A stretch of 46,426 bases of DNA from Deltaproteobacteria bacterium. GTDB taxonomy: Bacteria > Myxococcota_A > UBA9042 > DTJE01. Numbering within the stretch: position 1 is the first letter of the stretch; every line of letters starts with the position of its first letter. Shown here one piece after another: positions 1 through 6,995 of the stretch. The translations under genes were made by a program, and so were the position numbers. Below the pieces are notes generated by a model. It had not been told where the DNA came from and searched no databases. It was given only the letters and a program-made list of their open reading frames with translations. The stretch spans positions 1 through 46,426 of the forward strand of contig JADHTP010000001.1 in the NCBI GenBank assembly GCA_016784945.1, read 5' to 3'.

Positions 1-165
1 CCAGTGCCCGCCCGAGATTGGCGCCCGTAGCAGCGACGGAGTCGCCCCTACAAGGGGGGTCATAGGGGGGCTGCGCCCCCCTTGAGTAAGAGAAGCGCCA
101 AGCGCAGGGCGGCACGCCAGTGCCCGCCCGAGATTGGCGACTCGGGTGATTCGCCCCTACAAGGG
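1..165. repeat. Direct repeat at the window edge: two copies of a bipartite 23-nt + 15-nt element about 116 nt apart
   Basis: The identical 23-mer CCAGTGCCCGCCCGAGATTGGCG occurs at 1-23 and 117-139. Each copy is followed by TCGCCCCTACAAGGG (42-56 and 151-165). The internal spacer is 18 nt in one copy and 11 nt in the other, a 7-nt difference. A GGGGGG-CTGCG-CCCCCC hairpin lies at 65-81 between the copies. The element may continue upstream of the window. Confidence 0.7.
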
Positions 166-199
166 CAAGCGATGAACGATTGGCGATAAGCGATGGGCG
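165..199 (-). repeat. Tandem heptanucleotide repeat, 5 units
   Basis: Read on the minus strand: CGCCCAT CGCTTAT CGCCAAT CGTTCAT CGCTTGC. It lies just upstream of the ATG at 216. Same CGYNNAY-type family as the loci at 8301, 19462, 25727, 27813 and 33553. Confidence 0.7.
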
Positions 200-215
200 G
201 TTGTAGACTCGGACC

Positions 216-1691
216 ATGGTTGATCAAGCAAGGTCCGTTAAGAAGCTCCTGTTCGCCGGATTCTGGCTGCTGACGGCGGGACTGTTGTTCTTCAATGCAT
301 GGACCGGCAGCCAGTTCCCCAGTGACGATTGCGTGTACGCGGTGACCGCCCGGGAGGCTCTCCAGGACAATGGATGGCTGGAACCCACCTGGCAGCGGAG
401 CCCGTTCCTGGAAAAAGGACCCCTGTTGCCGTGGGCCCTGGCGGGATCCCTTTCCCTCCTGGGCGAGACCGACCTGGCTCTGCGCCTGCCCGGTATCCTG
501 GCTGCCCTGCTGTTTCTGGCCTGCCTGTACCGGTTGGGACGCAGGCTGGGTCTTCATCCCCCCGCCGCCCTGGTGGCCGTGGCCCTCGCCATGGCCCTCC
601 ACGTCTTCTTCCTGACGGCCCGCCGACCCATGACGGACGTGCCAGGCATGGCCCTGGGACTCGCCGGTTTCCTGCTGGCGGCGTTCCCCGGCAGTCGCGG
701 TCGGGGCCACGGAAGGGCCGTGGCAGGGGGAGTCCTGTTGGGACTGTCGCTGCTGACCAAGCTGACGGCGCCCGCACCCTTCCTGTTCGGACTCCTGGTC
801 CTGCAGGCTTCCCGGCCTTTCCGCAATACAAGGGGACTCCTGGTGACACTGGGCGCCACGGCCGTCACGGCCATCCCATGGCACGCCTTCATGGTGGCTC
901 AGCACGGCCAGACCTTTATCGACACCTACTTCCTGTTCCACCTGCTGGAGCGGGCCTCCCGGGCCGTCGTGGGGGATGCCGCCGCCCAGACCTACGTCGC
1001 CTGGGCCCTGGAACGGGAAGGTCTGGCAGCCGTTCTCGTGGCGGTCTCCATTCCCCTGACGGGGGTCCTGGCCCTGCGTCGGAACCGGGCCGCCCTGTGC
1101 ATCTGTGCCCTGGGATTCGGAGCCCTGGCGCCACTGGCCATCTCCGCCACGGCATTGCCACACTACCTGGTGACCCTGGTGCCCGCCGCCGCCCTTTCGG
1201 TGGGCCTCCTTGCCCATGGTGCGGGCCAGGATCCTGCCGCGTGCTGGCTTCCCTCCTCCCTGGCCTTCCTCGCCGCCCTGGCCTTCGGTCTCAACAACTG
1301 CCGAGAAGTCCTCGACCCGGACCATGGCCCCGGCGCACGATCGGCCTGCGAAGCCCTGACCTTCGAAGGGACCGCGGCCCGACTCACGGCCACCTTCGAT
1401 CTCCACGATCCCTGTGTTGCCTGGTATTGCGGGACCCGGGTCCATTTCCTCGGGGCCGACCCGGGCTTCCTCCAGGCCACCAGGGACATCCCCATGCTCC
1501 AAGGCTTCGTGAAGGCCGTGGAGCCTGGGACAATCCGCGAACTCACCCGCAACGGCACACTGGTACTCACCCGGAGCGACCGGCTGGATTCCCTGGGCGA
1601 CCTGGCCCAAAAAGAGGGCGTGGAAATAACGACCCGGGAATTCGGTCATCGCGTGGTGGTGGAATTCACTTCAGGCGAGCGGTCGAGATAG
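216..1691 (+). CDS. Polytopic membrane glycosyltransferase, ArnT/PMT_2-like (GT-C fold)
   Basis: ATG at 216, 491 aa, many hydrophobic segments. The N-terminal region SDDCVYAVTAREALQDNGWLEPTW...EKGPLLPWALAGSLSLLGETDLALRLPGILAALLFLACLYRLGRRLG fits the ArnT/PMT_2 pattern: an acidic DD/DE motif in the first loop, then K/E-G-P-L, then an LxxRLPS-like helix. The overlapping minus-strand 529-aa ORF is R/G/P-rich and judged a shadow. Confidence 0.65.
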   Translation: MVDQARSVKKLLFAGFWLLTAGLLFFNAWTGSQFPSDDCVYAVTAREALQDNGWLEPTWQRSPFLEKGPLLPWALAGSLSLLGETDLALRLPGILAALLFLACLYRLGRRLGLHPPAALVAVALAMALHVFFLTARRPMTDVPGMALGLAGFLLAAFPGSRGRGHGRAVAGGVLLGLSLLTKLTAPAPFLFGLLVLQASRPFRNTRGLLVTLGATAVTAIPWHAFMVAQHGQTFIDTYFLFHLLERASRAVVGDAAAQTYVAWALEREGLAAVLVAVSIPLTGVLALRRNRAALCICALGFGALAPLAISATALPHYLVTLVPAAALSVGLLAHGAGQDPAACWLPSSLAFLAALAFGLNNCREVLDPDHGPGARSACEALTFEGTAARLTATFDLHDPCVAWYCGTRVHFLGADPGFLQATRDIPMLQGFVKAVEPGTIRELTRNGTLVLTRSDRLDSLGDLAQKEGVEITTREFGHRVVVEFTSGERSR

Positions 1692-1697
1692 ACCGGA

Positions 1698-4322
1698 TCA
1701 GTCCCGGCGCCGACGGCCCAGGAAGGCCGCCCCGAGACCCGTGAGGAGCAGGGCGAAGGGAAGGGCACTGGCACCCACGCCGAAGCCGGCGCTGCACTTG
1801 CTGCTGCTTCCGTCCGAGGACTCGTCGCCGCCGTTGGTCGGGTCGGCCGTGATGGCGTCCACCGTATCCGGGACCAACGCTTCGCACTGACCGGCAACGC
1901 ACTGGGCGCCCAGCCCGCAACCTGGCAGACACTGCTTGCCGCAACCGTCGTCGCCGCATTCCTTGCCCGCACAATCCGGCACGCACTTGGCTTCGCATTT
2001 CCAGGTGGTCACGTTGCAGGTCTCGTCCGCACCGCAGACCCCGCAGTCGCCGCCACACCCGTCGTCGCCGCAGCTCTTTCCGGTGCAATTCGGCACGCAG
2101 ATGACCTCGCACAGGCCCTCGGCGCTGCAGGTTTCACCGGGATCGCAGACGCCGCAATTGCCCTGGCAGCCGTCATCGCCGCATTCCTTGTCCGTGCAGT
2201 CGGGCACGCAGTCGTCGGGGACGCAGGCACCGGCCACGCACTTGAATCCGGCGCCGCAGGGCGGGTCACAGCCCACCGGGGGCTCGGGACAGTCGATGGG
2301 GAATTCGGCGGGAGGCACGTCCGCCCCACCACAGTCATAGAAACCCGCGTCCGCCTTCCACCCGCACTGGTCGTCGGGCGGCTGGTTGCCGCTGCAGTCG
2401 ATCTCGAGGATCTCGTCGTCCTCGCAGTACTTGAGCACTTGTCCATCACAACAGCCCTCGAAGGTGATGTCGCCGCAACCGCCGGCGCCAGGAACGCACG
2501 CCCCGTCCACGCAGCCTTCGCCCGCGGCGCAGGCCCCGCAGCTGCCGCCGCAGCCATTGTCGCCGCAGACCTTGCCGGTGCAGTCAGGGGTGCAGGCATT
2601 GCAACAGGCATCGATATCGGCACAACAATCGCCGTAGCCCACGCAGGCCTCGTCGCAGTAGCAGCTGCCGGACTCACCGCCGCACAGCCCCATACAGGAA
2701 TCCGGGCCCGCCGGGCCGCATGCGCCCTGTTCCACGCAGACGCCATTGGCATCGCACATCATGTCCGGGCCGCACTGGCCACACGTACCGCCGCAGCCAT
2801 CGTCGCCGCAGACCTTGCCCACGCAATCGGGCATGCACACCACGCACAGCCCGTCCTCGCACAGGAAGCCGGGATCGCAGTCGCCGCAGGAATTGAAGCA
2901 CTCGTCGAAGCCGCAATCCATGCCTTCGCAGCTGCAGTCCTGGCAGTTCTGGGTCTCGTCGCAGAACTGGACATCGGTGCAATCGCCGCAGGTCCCGCCG
3001 CATCCGTCGTCGCCGCAGGTCTTGCCTTCGCAGGACGGCGTGCAGCAGTTGCTCAGGTAACAGATGGCGGGTTCCGTGCAGGTCCCGCAGGAGCCGTCAC
3101 ATCCGTCGCTGCCGCAGGTGGCATCCACGCAGTCGGGGAAGCAGGGGCACTGGGCGCCGCATTCGGCACATTCACCCGTACAGATGGCATCCCACTCGTT
3201 TTCGCAACAGTAGGGGTCCATGGCGCAGACGCAGGCCTCGCAGTCGCAGCCCGGGCATCCGGGGCTCGCCATGGGCGTACAGCCGTCGTCCACCACGTCG
3301 GTGCAGATCCCGAACAGGCAGCCCAGGCCGCCGGTGCAGGTGCCGCAGGCATTGCCACAGCCGTCGCCGCCGCACTCCTTATCCGCGCAGGAGCAGTCCT
3401 GGCAGTTCTGGGTTGCGTCGCAGAACTGGGTCTCCAGGCATTCCCCACAGGACGCGCCACATTCGTCCACGCCGCAGGTCATGCCTTCGCAACTGCAGTC
3501 CTGGCAGTTGTCCGTGTCGTCGCAGAACTGGGTTTCGAGGCAGTCACCACAGGACGCGCCGCATTCATCCACGCCGCAGGTCATGCCTTCGCAGCTGCAG
3601 TCCTGGCACTCGAACATGTCGTTGCAGAACGCATCGAAGGCACAGGAACCGCAAGAAAGACCGCACTCGTTGAGGCCACATTCCATACCTTCGCAGGTGC
3701 AGTCCTCGCAATTCTGGGTGTCGTTGCAGAACTGGACATCGGTGCAGGCGCCGCAATCCCCGCCGCATCCGTCTTCGCCGCAGGTCTTGCCGTCGCAATC
3801 GGGCATGCAGCACAGGTCCATGAAGCAGACCAGGCCGTCAGTGCAGTCGCCGCAACTGCCGCCGCAACCGTCCTCCCCGCAGTCCTTGTCAGTGCACTCC
3901 GGGACACAGCAGCTTCCGTCGGGCTGACACACGGTGCCTTCCAGGCAATCACAGGCCGTGCAGGTGTCCCCATCGCACCAGAAGCCCTCGGTGCACTCCG
4001 GTTCGCAGGAAAGGCAATCCTTGGGGAAATCCGGGCTCTCTTCCGTATGTCCGCAGTCGTAGAAGAACGCCTCCGCGTTCCAACCGCAGGTGTTGGCGGG
4101 CGGCTCGTTGTCCTGGCAGGGGATGCCGCAGATCCAGCCTCCCTCGCACCACTGGAGGGAGCCGTCGTCGGCGCAGCAACCCTCGTATGTCACGACCCCG
4201 CAACCCTCCTCCACGGGCGTGCCCGCGGAACACTGGGCCTGGGCATCGCCGACCATCGCAAACTGGGTAGCGAACAACGCCACCACGAGGGCCGTGAAAC
4301 CCGAATACAACCTCACAGACAT
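1698..4322 (-). CDS. Secreted cysteine-rich repeat protein with a MYXO-CTERM-like C-terminal sorting/anchor signal
   Basis: ORF 1698..4472 trimmed to the ATG at 4322, which follows AGGAGG (GTCCAGGAGGTATCAGC-ATG). It opens a signal peptide MSVRLYSGFTALVVALFATQFAMVGDAQA. There are 14 copies of the motif CG-x-[DN]-[GE]-C-x-x-x-CG-x-C (e.g. CGEDGCGGSCGDC, CGVDECGASCGDC). Two copies of a roughly 70-aa module are present (GCGVVTYEGCCADDGSLQWCE... and GCGDITFEGCCDGQVLKYCE...). The C-terminus SSSKCSAGFGVGASALPFALLLTGLGAAFLGRRRRD is Cys, then a Gly/Ala stretch, a hydrophobic helix and an Arg cluster. Confidence 0.8.
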   Translation of the reverse strand: MSVRLYSGFTALVVALFATQFAMVGDAQAQCSAGTPVEEGCGVVTYEGCCADDGSLQWCEGGWICGIPCQDNEPPANTCGWNAEAFFYDCGHTEESPDFPKDCLSCEPECTEGFWCDGDTCTACDCLEGTVCQPDGSCCVPECTDKDCGEDGCGGSCGDCTDGLVCFMDLCCMPDCDGKTCGEDGCGGDCGACTDVQFCNDTQNCEDCTCEGMECGLNECGLSCGSCAFDAFCNDMFECQDCSCEGMTCGVDECGASCGDCLETQFCDDTDNCQDCSCEGMTCGVDECGASCGECLETQFCDATQNCQDCSCADKECGGDGCGNACGTCTGGLGCLFGICTDVVDDGCTPMASPGCPGCDCEACVCAMDPYCCENEWDAICTGECAECGAQCPCFPDCVDATCGSDGCDGSCGTCTEPAICYLSNCCTPSCEGKTCGDDGCGGTCGDCTDVQFCDETQNCQDCSCEGMDCGFDECFNSCGDCDPGFLCEDGLCVVCMPDCVGKVCGDDGCGGTCGQCGPDMMCDANGVCVEQGACGPAGPDSCMGLCGGESGSCYCDEACVGYGDCCADIDACCNACTPDCTGKVCGDNGCGGSCGACAAGEGCVDGACVPGAGGCGDITFEGCCDGQVLKYCEDDEILEIDCSGNQPPDDQCGWKADAGFYDCGGADVPPAEFPIDCPEPPVGCDPPCGAGFKCVAGACVPDDCVPDCTDKECGDDGCQGNCGVCDPGETCSAEGLCEVICVPNCTGKSCGDDGCGGDCGVCGADETCNVTTWKCEAKCVPDCAGKECGDDGCGKQCLPGCGLGAQCVAGQCEALVPDTVDAITADPTNGGDESSDGSSSKCSAGFGVGASALPFALLLTGLGAAFLGRRRRD
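3405..3710 (-). repeat. Intragenic tandem 102-nt (34-codon) module repeats in the Cys-rich gene
   Basis: Residues 289-322 (CQDCSCEGMTCGVDECGASCGDCLETQFCDDTDN, 3507-3608) and 323-356 (CQDCSCEGMTCGVDECGASCGECLETQFCDATQN, 3405-3506) are near-identical. The DNA is also near-identical at a 102-nt offset (ATGCCTTCGCA[A/G]CTGCAGTCCTGGCA at 3481 and 3583). A more diverged unit CEDCTCEGMECGLNECGLSCGSCAFDAFCNDMFE lies at 3609-3710. Confidence 0.85.
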
Positions 4323-4412
4323 GCTGATACCTCCTGGACTACCTGCTCCGTTACCGGAGACCACTCCTACAAAGTACAAGAGTTTCGCAGACACACCCTT
4401 AATAGTCAAGGA

Positions 4413-4583
4413 AAAATAGAGGCCGGATGCAAAGTAGCGATCGGGTCTCGCTGCAAACGGGCTGGGATGCACTGGACCGTCGCGGATGCCGACGCGATCA
4501 TCGCTTTGCGTTGCTGCAAACTCAGTGGCCGCTTCGAGGACTTCTGGGAACGCCGTTCAATCGGTCGGGTGGCGGACGGATGA
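4413..4583 (+). mobile_element. C-terminal relic of a transposase gene, possibly ISKra4-like (about the last 56 codons only)
   Basis: The tail of the otherwise antisense 714-aa plus-strand ORF reads KIEAGCKVAIGSRCKRAGMHWTVADADAIIALRCCKLSGRFEDFWERRSIGRVADG*. From memory, the pattern CK-x-x-IG-x-R-x-K-R-x-GM-x-W-x(4-5)-A-x-x-I-x-x-LR-x-x-x-LSGR-x-x-x-FW is the conserved C-terminus of a transposase family. No upstream transposase body or inverted repeats are visible. Confidence 0.4.
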
Positions 4584-4647
4584 AATCATCTCACAAATTT
4601 GACGTGCGCCCCTGGGCCTTGAGAGCCTGTGGCAGGGGGGGGGCGGC

Positions 4648-6618
4648 CTACCAGAAGACACGGACGAAAAACGCGGCCGCGAGGGCGATGCCGGTATTCA
4701 ATGCGGTGCTGACCCCGGCCCACCGCCATCCCACTTCCCGCACCAGGGTGGCGATGGTGGCCACGCACGGGACATAGAAGGTAACGAAGAGACTGAAGCC
4801 CAGTATCTGTGCCGGGGACATGACCGCGGCCACGTCGTCGGTCCCCAGGGCCTGGAACAGCAGGATCAGTGAAAGTTCCTTGCGCAGGACCCCGAAGAAC
4901 AGGGTCACGCCCACAGCCTCGGGCAGACCCAGAAGGCCCACAGTGAGGGGTCTCAGGACGGCGTTCATCCAGTTGTTTATGCCCACGTACTCCAGGATGC
5001 CCATGATCACGGAGGCCACGATGAGGATGGGCCAGGCCGCCACCAGGAACTCGTAGGTGCGGAACCAGACCTTCTTCAGCACGGACCTCAGCGGCGGCAC
5101 CCGGTAGGGGGGCACGTCCATCAGGAGCCCGGCCTGGGATCCCTTCACCATGGACGACAGGATCCGGCCGGCCACGGCGGCCACCACGATGTTCAGCGCG
5201 TAGACCCCCAGGGCGTACAGTGGCCCCAGAAGCGCGGCCACCAGAGCCAGGATCACCACGGTCCTGGCGGAGCACGGTATGAGGGGAACGAGGAGCGACG
5301 TGAGGATCCGGTCCCGCGGCGTTTCCAGGATCCGGGTGCCCATGATGGCCGGGACGTTGCAGCCATATCCCAGGATCAGCGGTATGACGCTCTTGCCGTG
5401 CAGGCCGATGCGGTGAAGGGCGCCGTCCACCATGTACGCGGCCCGTGGCAGGTAACCCACGTCCTCGTAGAGGGACATCATGAAGAGCAGGGGCAGAAGG
5501 TAGGGCAGCACGATACCCACGCCGCCGGCCACCCCTTCCACGAATCCCCGGAGCATGGCCCAGATGAAACTCTCGGACGCCCGGGGCGACAGGACCTCCA
5601 GCAGGGACTCGAAGGGGGCGGACACCACGCCCGCCAGCAGGTCTCCGAACAGGAAGGCCACGAGGAAAAGCGACGCAATGGCCGCCCCGGCCACCCCCAG
5701 GCCCAGCACGGGGTGCATGACCACGCCGTCCAGGCGGTCCCGCAGGGTCATCTTCCGCCGTGGCACCACCCGCGCTACCGCTTCGAAGAGGTCCATGGCC
5801 ACAGCATGGCGGTGGGATGACAGGGTGGTCTCTTCGGGCCAGTCATGGAGCACAGCGAGCCGTTTCCTTTCGTCCAGCGCGAAGCGCAGGAATTCCGGGT
5901 CGGCATTGCCCGCCACTTCTTCGATAACCGGGTCGCCCTCCAGCAGGCGCAGGGCCACGAATCGCTCAGGCGCCCCGATCCCGTCGGCCAGGCCGCCGGG
6001 CATCCGGTCCAGGATTCCGCGGACCGTCTCTTCCACGTCGCGATCGTAGATGGGCGGCGTGCCCAGGGAGGGGCGATCCGCCATATCCAGGGCCCGGGAC
6101 ACCACGGACACCACGCCCTTGCCCCGGATGGCAATGGTGGGGACCACGGGGATGCCCAGTCGCTTTTCCAACCGGGCCACGTCCACGTCGATTCCCTTGC
6201 GCTCGGCCTCGTCCAGCATGTTGAGGGCCAGCACCATGGGGACGCCCATTTCCAGCAACTGGAGTGTCAGTTCGATGCTGCGGGCCAGAACGGAGGCATC
6301 CACCACGGCCACAAGCACGTCCGCCTTGCCCGACAGGAGATAGTCCCTCGTCACCCGCTCGGCCGCGTCGTGGGGTGATATGGAGTAGGTCCCCGGCAGG
6401 TCGATGATCCGGGCACGCCGGCCATCGGCCACCACCTCGCTGGAGGTGTAGGACACGGTGGACCCGGGGAAGTTGCCCGTGTCGGCCTTGAAACCCGCCA
6501 GGGCATTGAACAGGGTGCTTTTGCCGCAGTTCGGCTGCCCGGCCAGGGCAATCACAGGAAGGCCGGCATCCTCTCGAGCACGGTCCATGTGGATTCCTCT
6601 GTCCTTTCGGGAGGACAC
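4648..6618 (-). CDS. feoB: Ferrous iron transporter FeoB (N-terminal G-domain plus membrane permease)
   Basis: 656-aa ORF with P-loop GQPNCGKSTLFNALAG, DLPGTYS and NMLDEAE G-protein motifs, followed by a polytopic membrane domain. The GTG at 6618 or the ATG at 6588 (MDRAREDAGLPVIALAG...) are both possible starts. It lies directly downstream of feoA. Confidence 0.92.
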   Translation of the reverse strand: MSSRKDRGIHMDRAREDAGLPVIALAGQPNCGKSTLFNALAGFKADTGNFPGSTVSYTSSEVVADGRRARIIDLPGTYSISPHDAAERVTRDYLLSGKADVLVAVVDASVLARSIELTLQLLEMGVPMVLALNMLDEAERKGIDVDVARLEKRLGIPVVPTIAIRGKGVVSVVSRALDMADRPSLGTPPIYDRDVEETVRGILDRMPGGLADGIGAPERFVALRLLEGDPVIEEVAGNADPEFLRFALDERKRLAVLHDWPEETTLSSHRHAVAMDLFEAVARVVPRRKMTLRDRLDGVVMHPVLGLGVAGAAIASLFLVAFLFGDLLAGVVSAPFESLLEVLSPRASESFIWAMLRGFVEGVAGGVGIVLPYLLPLLFMMSLYEDVGYLPRAAYMVDGALHRIGLHGKSVIPLILGYGCNVPAIMGTRILETPRDRILTSLLVPLIPCSARTVVILALVAALLGPLYALGVYALNIVVAAVAGRILSSMVKGSQAGLLMDVPPYRVPPLRSVLKKVWFRTYEFLVAAWPILIVASVIMGILEYVGINNWMNAVLRPLTVGLLGLPEAVGVTLFFGVLRKELSLILLFQALGTDDVAAVMSPAQILGFSLFVTFYVPCVATIATLVREVGWRWAGVSTALNTGIALAAAFFVRVFW

Positions 6619-6656
6619 AATGCGACCTTCGCGAAGTGGATGGGTTCTGGACCGGG

Positions 6657-6893
6657 TCAGGCTTCCACGGGCTCGACATGGAGCTTTTCCGCCATGCCCC
6701 GGCCCAGGGCCACGCGGACACCCGATGAAGGAATTTCCACCAGGATGGGCCCATGAAATGGCGCGTATCCCACCACCAGCAGTTCGTCGCCCACGTGGAT
6801 TCCCATGCCGTCCAGGCTCGAGGCGAACCGGTGTCCGCTCGCTCGTTTCAACACCCGCACACGGGATCCTTTGGAGGCCTGCTCAAGGGTCAT
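6657..6893 (-). CDS. feoA: FeoA family iron transport protein
   Basis: 78 aa. MTLEQASKGSRVRVLKR...GMGIHVGDELLVVGYAPFHGPILVEIPSSGVRVALGRGMAEKLHVEP matches the small SH3-like FeoA pattern. It lies immediately upstream of feoB. Confidence 0.88.
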   Translation of the reverse strand: MTLEQASKGSRVRVLKRASGHRFASSLDGMGIHVGDELLVVGYAPFHGPILVEIPSSGVRVALGRGMAEKLHVEPVEA

Positions 6894-6927
6894 GACGACT
6901 CCGTGCCTGGAAAGGCGCGCTTCACTT

Positions 6928-6959
6928 ATAAATGATAATGGTTATCACTTTACTGTCAA
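6928..6959 (-). promoter_or_regulatory. Fur-box-like operator overlapping a candidate feoAB promoter
   Basis: This is the only AT-rich patch in the region. ATAAATGATAATGGTTATC (6928-6946) matches 14 of 19 positions of the classical Fur box GATAATGATAATCATTATC and lies 35-53 nt upstream of the feoA ATG. On the minus strand a perfect TTGACA hexamer (6954-6959) lies just upstream of it. Confidence 0.6.
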
Positions 6960-6995
6960 GGCCCGATTCCGACCAGAACACGGGTAGCTCGGCGA

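Noticed and set aside
1-165. Possible CRISPR array at the window start
   Set aside because: Only two copies are visible. The repeat is bipartite (23 + 15 nt) with about 116-nt periodicity and partly conserved inter-repeat sequence. That does not fit 28-37-nt repeats with unique 30-40-nt spacers. No cas genes are in the window.
60-1649. 529-aa minus-strand ORF and several nested ORFs opposite the glycosyltransferase gene
   Set aside because: The translation is dominated by G/R/P/Q/E runs with no recognisable motifs. It lies entirely antisense to an ORF with a convincing ArnT/PMT-like membrane topology. Such long shadow ORFs are typical of GC-rich DNA.
2439-4412. 714-aa plus-strand ORF antisense to the Cys-rich gene
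   Set aside because: The Ala/Gly/Val/His-rich translation is simply the mirror of the Cys-codon-rich (GCA/ACA) opposite strand. Only its last 56 or so codons (4413-4583), which lie outside the Cys-rich gene, look like real coding sequence (the transposase relic).
4584-4647. Rho-independent terminator after feoB
   Set aside because: Only a weak CCCCTG...CAGGGG pairing with an 18-nt loop is present, and there is no U-tract on the feoB strand.
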